Below, piece by piece: positions 47,775 through 57,047 of a DNA stretch of 64,000 nucleotides. This stretch comes from Longimicrobiales bacterium. GTDB lineage: Bacteria > Gemmatimonadota > Gemmatimonadetes > Longimicrobiales > Gaopeijiaceae. Position 1 is the stretch's first letter, and the number at the start of each line of letters is the position of its first letter. The notes under the pieces were generated by a model. It did not search any database and had not been told where the DNA came from. It saw nothing but the letters and a program-made list of their open reading frames with translations. The DNA lies in the NCBI GenBank assembly GCA_965204735.1, contig OZ242008.1:480001-544000 (forward strand). Direction: 5' to 3'. A program made the translations under genes and the position numbers.

Positions 47775-50700
47775 TCAGTGCCCGCCCACCATCACGCAGA
47801 CGACCTTGATGTACGGCTGGCTCTCAAGCGTCATCGTGTCCTCGACCCACTCCAGATAGTCGTCGAAGATATCCTCAATCTCCCGCTCGCCAGCGGAGCG
47901 CTGGTGGGCCTTGAACGCCTCGGTCCTCTGCGACCGCTCCAGCTTGAGGGCGAGCTGCTTGATGCGACGCGCCTTGAGTCCTTCCAGCGCTGCCAGCTCC
48001 CGGTTGAGCTGCTCGTCCATTCGGTCCTCGAACGCCTGCCGCCGCCCGTCGAGCCATTCCTTCGCCCGCTGGACGGCGCCCGGCAACAGCTTCTGCAGCG
48101 CATCCAAGTCGGGCTGAATGTTCCTGTTCGGCACCGCCTGCTCCTTCAAGCCCGTCCGGTCCAGCAGCGCTTGGAAGGTCTCGATCCCGGCTTGCTTCCC
48201 GCCCTGGAACGTCACGGCGACCCATTCGTGCACAAGAGGATGGCTCTTGCGGTTCGGCACCATCCCGGACAGCACGAACACGGCCTCGTCGTCGGCCAAC
48301 TGCGGCACCCCGGTCACGACCGGCGCCTGGTGTCGGCCGAAGGCGGCCAGCATTCGGTCGTTCAGCCAGCCGACCACCGGGTTCAGCCGCCAGAGGTAGT
48401 GGAGCTTCGGCCATGCATGCTCGTCGCGGCGGCTCTCGACGATGGCCTCGCCGATGCGCTCGCGATCCGTCGTCAGGCGAAAGCGTCCGTCCTGGGGGAC
48501 CACCTCCCGAGGGAACGGATCGAAGCGGTGGAGCAAGTCGTCCGGGGCGTCGAGCGTCAGCGAACCCGAGTCGGCGTCCACATCGAAGCGCAGTGCGGGG
48601 TTCCGTCTCCGCAGGCGGTGAAGCGCCTGCTCGCAATAGGCCAAGTCGTCGGCGAACAGCGACAGCGGCGGGGCAGGCGGTCCGCGCTCCGGGGCCGGTT
48701 CCCGGGAGTCGGTCGCCGGTCCTTGCTCGCCCGGTCCTTGTCGGCTGCCGCCCGCGGTCCCCAGGAACAGCGCCAGCAAGTCTTCCGCCTTGTTCGACTT
48801 GGGCTGATGGCGGGCGTCGAAGTCGTCGGCCTCTTCCCCCTCCGCCATTGCCTTGGCCGTGATCTCCTCTTCGGCGGAGACGTCGTGGACGTTCATGAAC
48901 GTTGCCGGGTCGCCGATGTTCTTGTACGCCTGCTCGTCCTTTGCTTGCAGGATTTCGAGGATGCGCGTGTCGCCGCGGATCCTCTGGTTCGTGCTCTCCG
49001 CGACCAAGTAGACGATCTGCGGTCGGCGCTTCTGGCCGTAGCGGTCCACGCGCCCGTTGCGTTGCTGAAAGACCATCAGCGACCACGGCATGTCGAAGTG
49101 AATCAGGCGGTGGCAGTGGTAGTGCAGGTTGATGCCCTCGGAAGCGACGTCCGAGCAGAGCAACAGCCGGACGGGACGCTTTGCGTTGCCGAAGTCCTCG
49201 ACCACGCGCTGCTGATCCACGTCGTTCATGGTCCCGTGCAGAATGGCCACTTGGGCGCTGGCGAGCCCAAGGTCTTCCGCAAGATGCTTGCGCAGCCAAC
49301 GCAGCGTCTCGATCCGCTCGGTGAACACGACCAGCCGGTCCTCCGCCGCTCCCCGGCCGCTGGCCTTCCACCTGAACGGCCGTCCGCCCCGAATCGCGTC
49401 CAGCAAAGCCTGGTACTTGGCGTAGTCGCGCGGCCCGATGACGGCCAGTGCGTCCCGCAGCGCGCGCAAGGAGGTCATCTCGGCGCCAACTTCGGCAGCC
49501 GCCGCAGCTGCGGGCGCAGCGCCGGTCCCGTCAGCCGTCCTTTGGTTCAGCTCCCTTTCGCGCCGCCGAATGCGGTTGTCCACCGTAGCCAAGCACGCGG
49601 CCGGACTGGAGAAGAGTGCCTTCTCGAGCGTGACCGAGAAGAGGTCGCGACGTTCCTGGCCGCCGGCGTTCGCTCCCGGGTCGGTTGCCTCTGCTTCCGA
49701 ACCTGCCAGGGCTCCGCCGCTTGCCACCGCTTCCGAGCTCGCCAAGGCTCCGCCGCTTGCCACCGCCCCCGAGCCCGTCAAAGCCCAGCCGCTTGCCTGC
49801 GCCCGCAAGCCCGCCGAAGCCCGCGCCCTGCCCGCCCTCGCCACCTTCACCGCCAAGAGCGCTTCGTAGGCCCGTTCCTCCTTTGCGGAGGCGGGGAACC
49901 GGCTGCGATGCACTTCGCGGTCCCGAAAGGCGTCCCGCACGTCTGCGCGAATGTCCTTCTTGAAGCGCCGAATCACCAGTCCCTTGTCGCGAAAGTCCTC
50001 GCGCCGATAGTCCTCCGGGTCGGTGATGGCGGTGGCGTCGAGCATGTTCACGAGGCTGGCGAAGCTGCGCGCCTTCCCGTCGTGCGGCGTCGCCGTCAGC
50101 ATGATCAGGGTGTCGGAGCGTCGCGCCAGCAAGCGGGCCAGCCGGCTCCGAAGCGACCCGGTTCCGCGGTCGGCCACGTTGTGCGCTTCGTCGATGACGA
50201 TCACGTCCCAGTACGCCTGCTCCAAGTACGTCCGGTACTCCCTGTCCTGCTTGAGGGTGTCGATGGAGATGATCGACTTGTCGTAGTAGTGGAACGGGTT
50301 GTGGCTGGTGGGAATCCGCCGCCGCACGCGCTGAATGCCGACCGAATCAAGCCGCGTGAGCGGGATCGTGAACCGGTTCCAGAACTCCTTTTGGAACTGC
50401 GTCAGCATGCTCTTCAACGCCAGCACCAGAATCCGCCGACCCCGGCCGCGCGCAATCAGTTCGCTGACCAGGACTCCCGCCTCCAGCGTCTTCCCCAGCC
50501 CCACCGCGTCCGCGATGAGGATGCGTTGCCGGGGCTGCCGCAACGCTTGGCGGGCCGGTGCCAGCTGGTACGCCACCGAGTCCATGGCGCCGAGATGCCC
50601 CGCGCGAATGCGTTTGTCGCTCGGCGCCGCTTGACGCAGCAGGCTCTCGATGTACAAGCGGCTGTCGGCGAACTGCGGCGACTCGTCGCGCACCAGCCGC

Positions 50701-50918
50701 GTCCCCGCCGGGTCCAGCACCTCGATCTGCGGCTCCAGCCGCGTCAGGAAGACGGCCTCGCGCTCCCGGACGAGCTCGGAGACGCCGTCGCAGACCAGCT
50801 GCGAGCCGCCGTCCGGCGTCGAGTCCACCCGCCGCACGACCCACTCGGCGTCCCGGACGACGACGCGAGCGCCGGGAGCGAGGGTTGGGGACCGGATCGT
50901 CAGCGGGACTGGCTCCAT
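47775..50918 (-). CDS. SNF2-family helicase (DrmD/HepA-like), ~1047 aa
   Basis: ADAVGLGKT, IDEAH, LTATPHDG, SEGINL, QRNGRVDRYGQ; C-terminal coiled coil. Confidence 0.93.
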   Translation of the reverse strand: MEPVPLTIRSPTLAPGARVVVRDAEWVVRRVDSTPDGGSQLVCDGVSELVREREAVFLTRLEPQIEVLDPAGTRLVRDESPQFADSRLYIESLLRQAAPSDKRIRAGHLGAMDSVAYQLAPARQALRQPRQRILIADAVGLGKTLEAGVLVSELIARGRGRRILVLALKSMLTQFQKEFWNRFTIPLTRLDSVGIQRVRRRIPTSHNPFHYYDKSIISIDTLKQDREYRTYLEQAYWDVIVIDEAHNVADRGTGSLRSRLARLLARRSDTLIMLTATPHDGKARSFASLVNMLDATAITDPEDYRREDFRDKGLVIRRFKKDIRADVRDAFRDREVHRSRFPASAKEERAYEALLAVKVARAGRARASAGLRAQASGWALTGSGAVASGGALASSEAVASGGALAGSEAEATDPGANAGGQERRDLFSVTLEKALFSSPAACLATVDNRIRRRERELNQRTADGTGAAPAAAAAAEVGAEMTSLRALRDALAVIGPRDYAKYQALLDAIRGGRPFRWKASGRGAAEDRLVVFTERIETLRWLRKHLAEDLGLASAQVAILHGTMNDVDQQRVVEDFGNAKRPVRLLLCSDVASEGINLHYHCHRLIHFDMPWSLMVFQQRNGRVDRYGQKRRPQIVYLVAESTNQRIRGDTRILEILQAKDEQAYKNIGDPATFMNVHDVSAEEEITAKAMAEGEEADDFDARHQPKSNKAEDLLALFLGTAGGSRQGPGEQGPATDSREPAPERGPPAPPLSLFADDLAYCEQALHRLRRRNPALRFDVDADSGSLTLDAPDDLLHRFDPFPREVVPQDGRFRLTTDRERIGEAIVESRRDEHAWPKLHYLWRLNPVVGWLNDRMLAAFGRHQAPVVTGVPQLADDEAVFVLSGMVPNRKSHPLVHEWVAVTFQGGKQAGIETFQALLDRTGLKEQAVPNRNIQPDLDALQKLLPGAVQRAKEWLDGRRQAFEDRMDEQLNRELAALEGLKARRIKQLALKLERSQRTEAFKAHQRSAGEREIEDIFDDYLEWVEDTMTLESQPYIKVVCVMVGGH
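49705..49797 (-). repeat. In-frame 36-bp tandem repeat (ASGGALAxSxAV-like, ~3 units) in the SNF2 gene
   Basis: Units start at 49705, 49741, 49777. Confidence 0.8.
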
Positions 50919-51334
50919 CGGCAGGTCGCTCTCGGCCGTCTTGCCCTGCCGTGTCCGAAGGTGGGTGCTCGCTGAAGTCCGTCGCGAGCCGCCGCGTGCG
51001 AAGTCGCCGAACCGTAGCGACGAACGCGCCGGCCAGCAAGAACGGGGATGGTGCCTCGGCTTCCTGGCCCGCCGGCACTGGAGGCGACTTCGGCGTGCCC
51101 GTCGGCTTGACCGCTTCCTGCGAGAGCCTCGGCAGTCGCGGGCCGGCGTTCGGAGGTGTCCCACTTGCGGGCCGTGCCGTTGATCACGATACTTGAGCAG
51201 GATGGTTCTACTACGGCCTGCGTCCGAAGGGAAGCTCCGAATGAGTCCACACCGTACTCTATGCCCACGTCCGCGGGAGGCGCGGCGCTCCGGGACATCC
51301 CCGAAGCAGACGATCGACAGCTGGAGACGGCGCG

Positions 51335-52399
51335 ATGTTCACTGAACTGTATATTCGCAATTTCCGTCTGTTCGAGGACCTGACGATCAAGGACTTGAGG
51401 CGAATCAATCTGTTCGTCGGGAAGAACAACTCCGGGAAGTCTGCAGCGGTAGAGGCAGTTGTGCTGGTGGCGGTGCCCCATGGGCCGTTTCAGTTGATCG
51501 GCACGAGAGGCGTAGAGGTGCCCAATGACAAGTACGCGTTCGACAGCTACCTTCGGTACTTCTTCCGCAATTTAGATGCTAGTGAGGAGATGGAGATAAC
51601 GGCAAAGCAATCGGAATTCGGAATCCGGAAGTGCACGGCCGTTGTTGTACAAGCTCCTGATGCTTCAGTCCTGGCGGACCGGCCGCCCACGGAATCGATT
51701 GGCAAGCTGCCATCGCAAGCAGCTCTCAAGGTACGTCTGGACGAGGAGCGTGACCGCTATCTCCAGTACCAGGCGTTCCTGGACAACGAGCGCGAGCGCT
51801 TGGCACTGGCCGAACAGGAGGAATCCATGCCGCCGCCTCGTTCGTTATCGGTGGAATACGTGCCCCCGAACCTGGATCTGGGTGAGCCTGTCATTGATCG
51901 CTTGAGCAAGCTAAGGAAAGAGAAACGCACCCATTTCATTCTTGATATCTTGCGTCAGATCGAACCTCGGTTGGCAGGTGTCCCTGAAATACTGATGGAC
52001 CACGGGAAACCGAACTTGTTCTGCGACATCGGCATCGGCAAGCTGTTGCCGCTGGGCTTGATGGGACAAGGATTGGTGCGTGTCCTGAGGTTGGCGGTGA
52101 TGATGGAGTCAACTAGTAAAGGGCACATCGCGGTGATCGACGAAATCGAAAACGGCCTCCATCACGAATCGCTGTTCGACGTCTGGCGAGCGCTGGGCGA
52201 GGCCGCGCATAGGTACGACAAACAAGTATTTGCCACAACCCACAGCTACGAGTGTCTTCGTGCTGCTAACGACGCCATTGACAGAAACGACTTGGCCATA
52301 CATCGCCTGGAGGTTGACGACGACAGGACGACTCGTTGCGTGACGCTTGATCCCGAGGCAATCGAAGGGGCGATCGCAAACGGATTCGAGATACGTTGA
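51335..52399 (+). CDS. AAA_15/AAA_21 ABC-type ATPase
   Basis: GKNNSGKS, MGQG, VIDEIENGLH, ATTHSYE, C-terminal FEIR. Confidence 0.88.
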   Translation: MFTELYIRNFRLFEDLTIKDLRRINLFVGKNNSGKSAAVEAVVLVAVPHGPFQLIGTRGVEVPNDKYAFDSYLRYFFRNLDASEEMEITAKQSEFGIRKCTAVVVQAPDASVLADRPPTESIGKLPSQAALKVRLDEERDRYLQYQAFLDNERERLALAEQEESMPPPRSLSVEYVPPNLDLGEPVIDRLSKLRKEKRTHFILDILRQIEPRLAGVPEILMDHGKPNLFCDIGIGKLLPLGLMGQGLVRVLRLAVMMESTSKGHIAVIDEIENGLHHESLFDVWRALGEAAHRYDKQVFATTHSYECLRAANDAIDRNDLAIHRLEVDDDRTTRCVTLDPEAIEGAIANGFEIR

Positions 52400-53094
52400 G
52401 CGACCGTGGTGACCACGGAAGATCGTGTGGCCAGAGCGGACTTCCACGACCGGAGCCCCTGAGTACGAAGAAGCTCTTGCTTGTGGAAGGAAAAACCGAC
52501 AAGAGTCTCTTTGACGGGTTCATTGCGAAGCTCGCCACAGACGGCGCGAAGCTTGCCACAGACTGCATCGTTGTTGAGAGCTATGAAGGGAGGTCCAACT
52601 TGAACGTGTATCTGAGTGGTCTGGTACGTCGAACCGGGTTCGACAATGTGGAGAGCCTTGGCATCATCCGTGATGCCAACAGTTCTGCCGACAGTGCTTT
52701 CCAGAGCGTTCAGGGGTGTCTCAAGAATTCTGACCTGCCTGTGCCTCCGTCCTTGGCGGATCGCCGTGCCGCGGGGGCGAACCCAGCGGATGATCGGAAG
52801 CGGCTCACGGTCAGCGTGTTCATCCTGCCCGACAACAAGAGCCAGGGCGAACTTGAGACTTTGCTGTACCGAACGCTGAGCCGCGACATTGTCAAATGCA
52901 TTGACGACTTTGTGAAGTGCGCGAAGGCTGCTACCGGGGTGTCGCCCTTGAAGCCCTACAAGGCGCGTGTAGCCGCGTACGTAGCGGTTCAGAAGAAGGC
53001 GCCCCACTCCCTTGCCGTATCGGCTCGGCGAGGTGTTTGGGCCTTCGATCACGACGAGCTCAGCAGCGTAGGAGAGTTCCTTCAGGAACTATGA
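52396..53094 (+). CDS. DUF3226-like (TOPRIM-type) partner protein
   Basis: LLVEGKTD, GIIRDAN, ILPDN..QGELETL; TTGA overlap with the ATPase; 21-bp tandem duplication at 52525-52563. Confidence 0.75.
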   Translation: MSDRGDHGRSCGQSGLPRPEPLSTKKLLLVEGKTDKSLFDGFIAKLATDGAKLATDCIVVESYEGRSNLNVYLSGLVRRTGFDNVESLGIIRDANSSADSAFQSVQGCLKNSDLPVPPSLADRRAAGANPADDRKRLTVSVFILPDNKSQGELETLLYRTLSRDIVKCIDDFVKCAKAATGVSPLKPYKARVAAYVAVQKKAPHSLAVSARRGVWAFDHDELSSVGEFLQEL

Positions 53095-53732
53095 CGGGCG
53101 AAAACGGCATCGTCCGCCGCAGATACTCGTCGAAGATCGGAACCGTAAAGGCCGTGTCGCCGTGGGCCGGGCTGTAGATCATGCCGCTCCTTCCTCCCAA
53201 CGGCCCGATGTCGGCAAAGGAAAACAAGCGCTCGGCATAGGACCGGACCTCGCCCGCTCGAGCGACGATCTGCGGCAGTCCAGCGCCCACGAGAGCCACC
53301 GGCAGCTGCATCTGGGCGATCCGGTGAAAGGCGGTGATCAACGCGCCGAACTCGGATCGCTCCAAGTACTGGAGCTCGTCCACGAACAAGGCCAACGCCG
53401 TCTTGTTCTCTTGCGCCGCTTCCCCGGCTGCCCGCAGGAGGTCCAAGAGGTCGTGCTCCAAGTTGCCGCTGTCGGCGACCCCTGGTTCGGTGCCCAGGTC
53501 CATGCCGAACTCCAAGTCCTGGTACTTGACCTTCATTGCCGACGCGAAGCCGCCCAGCGCGCGAAGCGCCCGCTTGGCCAGGTCGCCGGCCGCTGCCCGA
53601 CGACTCATCTTGACGAGCTGCACGGATTCGATCCAAGCCGATGGCGGCGTGCTCCAGCAACTGGTCGCGGCCGGCCAACTCGGGCGGTGGCGTTCCGGCG
53701 CCGGGGGCGTAGGGGTTCTTTCTCGGGTCCAT
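53060..53732 (-). pseudogene. AAA ATPase-wHTH pseudogene with two apparent internal deletions
   Basis: NPYAPGAG..P.LAGR start, then a frame change near 53620 with no Walker A. Walker B LFVDELQ is kept. Sequence jumps from DIGPL directly to the terminal GMIYSPAHG..AFTVP.F motif. Confidence 0.8.
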
Positions 53733-53839
53733 GGTTTTAGTGAAGTTACACCAGTTTATCAGAATTCGCTAACATGGGGTAAGATCGCTCAAAATCGCCT
53801 GTCGCGCACTGCTGTCCGGGACTCGGTCGGCTGCCCGCC

Positions 53840-55081
53840 CTACGGCCCCTCCTCCACCGTGTGCCCCAGCCCGCGCAGCTTCTCTACGATCCGGGCCGCG
53901 TGCGCCCGACCCCGAGTCTCGGCGCGGATCTCGATGCTGACTTCGCCCACCGACACGTCGCCGAACGCTCGCACGTGGTGGATGTCCAGCACGTTGGCGC
54001 CCTCGCCGGCCACCACCGCCGTCAGCTGGTTCAGCGACCCGGGCCGGTCGCGCACGAGGACCCGAAGGCGCGCCAGCCGTCCGTCGTCCCGCAGCCCCCG
54101 GTCGATGATCCGCGCGATCATGTTCACGTCGATGTTGCCGCCCGACAGCACGCACACGACGGTCTCGTCGGGCGACAAGGCGATCTTCCCCTCCAGCAGC
54201 GCCGCCACCGGCGTGGCGCCCGCCCCCTCCACCACCGCCTTCTCGCGCTCCAGCAGGAAGAACACGGCGTCGGCGATCTCGCGCTCGCTGACGAGCACCA
54301 CGTCGTCCACCAGCGACTCCAGGAACGGGTACGCCAGCTCGCCGATCTGCTTCACCGCGATCCCGTCGGCCAGCGTGTCGGCGCTCTCCACGCCGACGGG
54401 CGCCCCGGCCCCGAGCGACTCGACGGCGCCCGGCGACGCGGCCGCCTCCACGCCCACGACCCGCACGCCGGGCCGCAACGCCTTGGCCGCGACGGCAATC
54501 CCCGAGATCATCCCGCCGCCGCCCACAGGGACCACGATGGTCGACACGTCCGGCGCCTGCTCGACGATCTCGAGCCCAATCGTCCCCTGGCCCGCCATCA
54601 CGGCCAGATCGTCGAAGGCGTGGACGCCGACCGCCCCCTCGCGAGCGACGATCCGCTCCGCCGCCTCCATCCCGTCCGACAGCGTCCGGCCGGTTTGCAA
54701 GACCCGGGCTCCGTGGCGCTTGGTGTTCGCGACCTTGATCAGCGGCGCCGTCTCGGGCATCACGATCGTGCACGGCACGTCCAGTCGGGCAGCGTGGTAC
54801 GCCAGCGCCTGGGCGTGGTTGCCGGCGCTCGCCGCCACGACTCCGCGCCGTCGCGCCTCGTCGCCCGTCACGAGGAGCTTGTTGAGCGAGCCCCGGTCCT
54901 TGAACGACCCGGTGCGCTGCCGAAACTCCGCCTTCAAGCGCACCCGGCGGACGTCCGTTCGCCGCTCCAACGCAAAGGACCGGCGACAGCTGGTCGCCAC
55001 GACCCCGTCTCCGATCCTCTGCCGGGCCGCCTGAACGTCGGAGAGCGAAAGGGTCGGCGGCGCCCTTCGCGGATCCGTCAT
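53840..55081 (-). CDS. ilvA: Threonine ammonia-lyase (PLP) with C-terminal ACT domain
   Basis: TGSFKDRG, ASAGNHAQ, PVGGGG, LSGGNID, DRPG ACT motif. Confidence 0.95.
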   Translation of the reverse strand: MTDPRRAPPTLSLSDVQAARQRIGDGVVATSCRRSFALERRTDVRRVRLKAEFRQRTGSFKDRGSLNKLLVTGDEARRRGVVAASAGNHAQALAYHAARLDVPCTIVMPETAPLIKVANTKRHGARVLQTGRTLSDGMEAAERIVAREGAVGVHAFDDLAVMAGQGTIGLEIVEQAPDVSTIVVPVGGGGMISGIAVAAKALRPGVRVVGVEAAASPGAVESLGAGAPVGVESADTLADGIAVKQIGELAYPFLESLVDDVVLVSEREIADAVFFLLEREKAVVEGAGATPVAALLEGKIALSPDETVVCVLSGGNIDVNMIARIIDRGLRDDGRLARLRVLVRDRPGSLNQLTAVVAGEGANVLDIHHVRAFGDVSVGEVSIEIRAETRGRAHAARIVEKLRGLGHTVEEGP

Positions 55082-55097
55082 GCGTCCTCCGCCCAGG

Positions 55098-55508
55098 CTA
55101 CTCCCGGCGACGCCGGTGGACCGCCACCCTGAGCAGCGGCTCGACCCACCAGTGGAAGTGGAAGCGGTTGTCCAGCTCCCCGACCACGACCTCCCGTCGC
55201 TCCCGGGTCTTGGGCCAGTCGTCCCGTCCGTTCTCCACTACCAGCGCCTCGCCCTCCGCCAGTGCCGAGAGCTTGTCGCGCAACGCCTTCTCCAGGCGTC
55301 GCAGCAGCGCCCGCTCCGTCTCCCGATGGACCTCGCCGTCTGCTTCGGCGCCGATCTCGGCCCCGTCGATCCGCTTCCACTGGCTCTCGAAGTCGGCGGC
55401 GGAAACCGAGTACCGTCGATCCCTCCGGAACCCGATTTCGGTGATCGCCGTGGGGTTGAAGTTGGGTTGGACGCTGTGGTACGCGGTGCCGTATCGTCGC
55501 AGGATCAT
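55098..55508 (-). CDS. Hypothetical protein, 136 aa
   Basis: Host-like codon bias; co-oriented between the DEAD-box gene and ilvA. Confidence 0.7.
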   Translation of the reverse strand: MILRRYGTAYHSVQPNFNPTAITEIGFRRDRRYSVSAADFESQWKRIDGAEIGAEADGEVHRETERALLRRLEKALRDKLSALAEGEALVVENGRDDWPKTRERREVVVGELDNRFHFHWWVEPLLRVAVHRRRRE

Positions 55509-55590
55509 TTCGTCGTTCGCCTTGTTCGCGGGTGGGGCGGATTCAGGGCTGGCAAGCGCTCGCCGGGGCCGGCAGCGCTCCGCCGGCGCC

Positions 55591-56844
55591 TCAGTCGTGG
55601 CTCAGGAGCGCCGCCAGCTCTTCCGGGTCGAGCGCCTCGCCGGCCTTGGTGCCCATGCCCCGCCCGGAACGGGAGCGCGGCGCGACGGCTTCGGGCCTCT
55701 CCTGCACGACGCCTCCCGCAAAGTCGAAGTCGGGGTGGTGGACCTTCTCCAGTCTCCGTTCCAGCTGGTACTCCAGCGTCCGAAACGCCCCCAGGTCGGA
55801 CGCCGTGACGAAGGTGACGGCCACCCCCGTGGCGCCCGCCCTTCCCGTGCGCCCGATCCTGTGGACGTAGTCCGCCGGGTCCATGGGCACGTCGTAGTTG
55901 ACCACGTGGGAGATGCCCTCGATGTCCAGCCCCCGTTGGGCGATGTCGGTGGCGACCAGGACCCGCACCTTGCCTTCCGTGAAGCGCTCCAGGGCGCGGC
56001 CCCGCTCCCGCATCTGCCGGTCGCCGTGGATCACGTCGCACGACACGCGGGCCTTGTCCAGTCGCGACGTGAGGGCGTCGGCCCCGGCCTTGGTGCGGCT
56101 GAAGACCAGCACCTGCTCCCAACCGGGCTGCTCCAAGAGGTGGACCAGCAGGGCGGGCTTCTTCTCGGGCCGCACCGAATACGCGATCTCCGAAATGCCC
56201 TGCGCCATGGTGCCCGACGGCGTGACTTCGATCCAGGCCGGGTCCTTCGTCATGCGCAGAGCGAGGTCGTGGACGCCGTTGGGCATGGTGGCCGAGAAGA
56301 GCAGCGTCTGGGGCCGGGCGCCCAGCCCCCGGGCGACTTCCTCGATCTGGGGGCGGAAGCCCATGTCCAGCATTCGGTCGGCTTCGTCCAGGATGAGGAT
56401 GCGGACGCCCTTGAGCTTGGCCTTCCCCCGCTTCTTCAGGTCGATCAGCCGGCCCGGTGTCGCCACGACGATCTCGTCGCCCCTGGCCAGCGCGTCCAGC
56501 TGCGGCTGGTAGCCGACCCCGCCGCAGATCACGGCGGCCCGCAAGCTGGTCCCCCGCGCGAAGGCCACCGTGTCTTCCTGCACTTGGTGGGCCAACTCCC
56601 GCGTGGGGCAGAGCGCCAGCGCCTGCAACCCCTCGCCTGCGCGCACCATGTCCAGCGCAGGGAGCATGAACGCTCCGGTCTTCCCGGTGCCGGTCCGGGC
56701 AATGCCCACCAAGTCCCGTCGCTCCAGCACCAGGGGGATCGCCTGCCGCTGAACAGGGGTCGGCTCGCTCCAGCCCAGGGCGTCGACGGCGGCCAGCCGC
56801 AGCTCGGAAAGCCCGAGGGCGGAAAACATGTTGGAATCGGTCAT
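55591..56844 (-). CDS. DEAD-box RNA helicase (RhlE/CshA-like)
   Basis: Q motif PTPVQ, TGTGKT, PTRELA, TPGR, DEAD, SAT, HRIGRTGR. Confidence 0.95.
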   Translation of the reverse strand: MTDSNMFSALGLSELRLAAVDALGWSEPTPVQRQAIPLVLERRDLVGIARTGTGKTGAFMLPALDMVRAGEGLQALALCPTRELAHQVQEDTVAFARGTSLRAAVICGGVGYQPQLDALARGDEIVVATPGRLIDLKKRGKAKLKGVRILILDEADRMLDMGFRPQIEEVARGLGARPQTLLFSATMPNGVHDLALRMTKDPAWIEVTPSGTMAQGISEIAYSVRPEKKPALLVHLLEQPGWEQVLVFSRTKAGADALTSRLDKARVSCDVIHGDRQMRERGRALERFTEGKVRVLVATDIAQRGLDIEGISHVVNYDVPMDPADYVHRIGRTGRAGATGVAVTFVTASDLGAFRTLEYQLERRLEKVHHPDFDFAGGVVQERPEAVAPRSRSGRGMGTKAGEALDPEELAALLSHD

Positions 56845-57047
56845 TTCCAAACGTAACGGAGGAGGTGGCGGGGCTGAACCAGGGGCGTGGGGCGAGGCTC
56901 CGCCCGGAGCCGACGGAGCGAAGCCGCCGACCCGGAGGCAGAGGCTCGGGGACCGCAGCGCGCCACTGGCCGCGGGCTGGTAGCACGATCCGAATCGTCC
57001 TATTACCTTGCCGGTCGCCCTTCGACGACCCCCGACCGCAACTGCCG

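Noticed and set aside
23108..50967. Shared GTCYGAAGGTGGG upstream of the 23062 and 50918 starts
   Set aside because: Only ~13 bp in two copies; could be chance or a generic promoter element.
47583..50975. 1130-aa plus-strand ORF (likewise 40985-43309, and 6385-8970 and 8775-11021 on the minus strand)
   Set aside because: Antisense shadows of motif-bearing genes on the other strand.
11183..53800. Island as an integron, prophage or ICE
   Set aside because: No integrase, attC-like palindromes, phage structural genes, conjugation genes, tRNA target or terminal direct repeats were seen.
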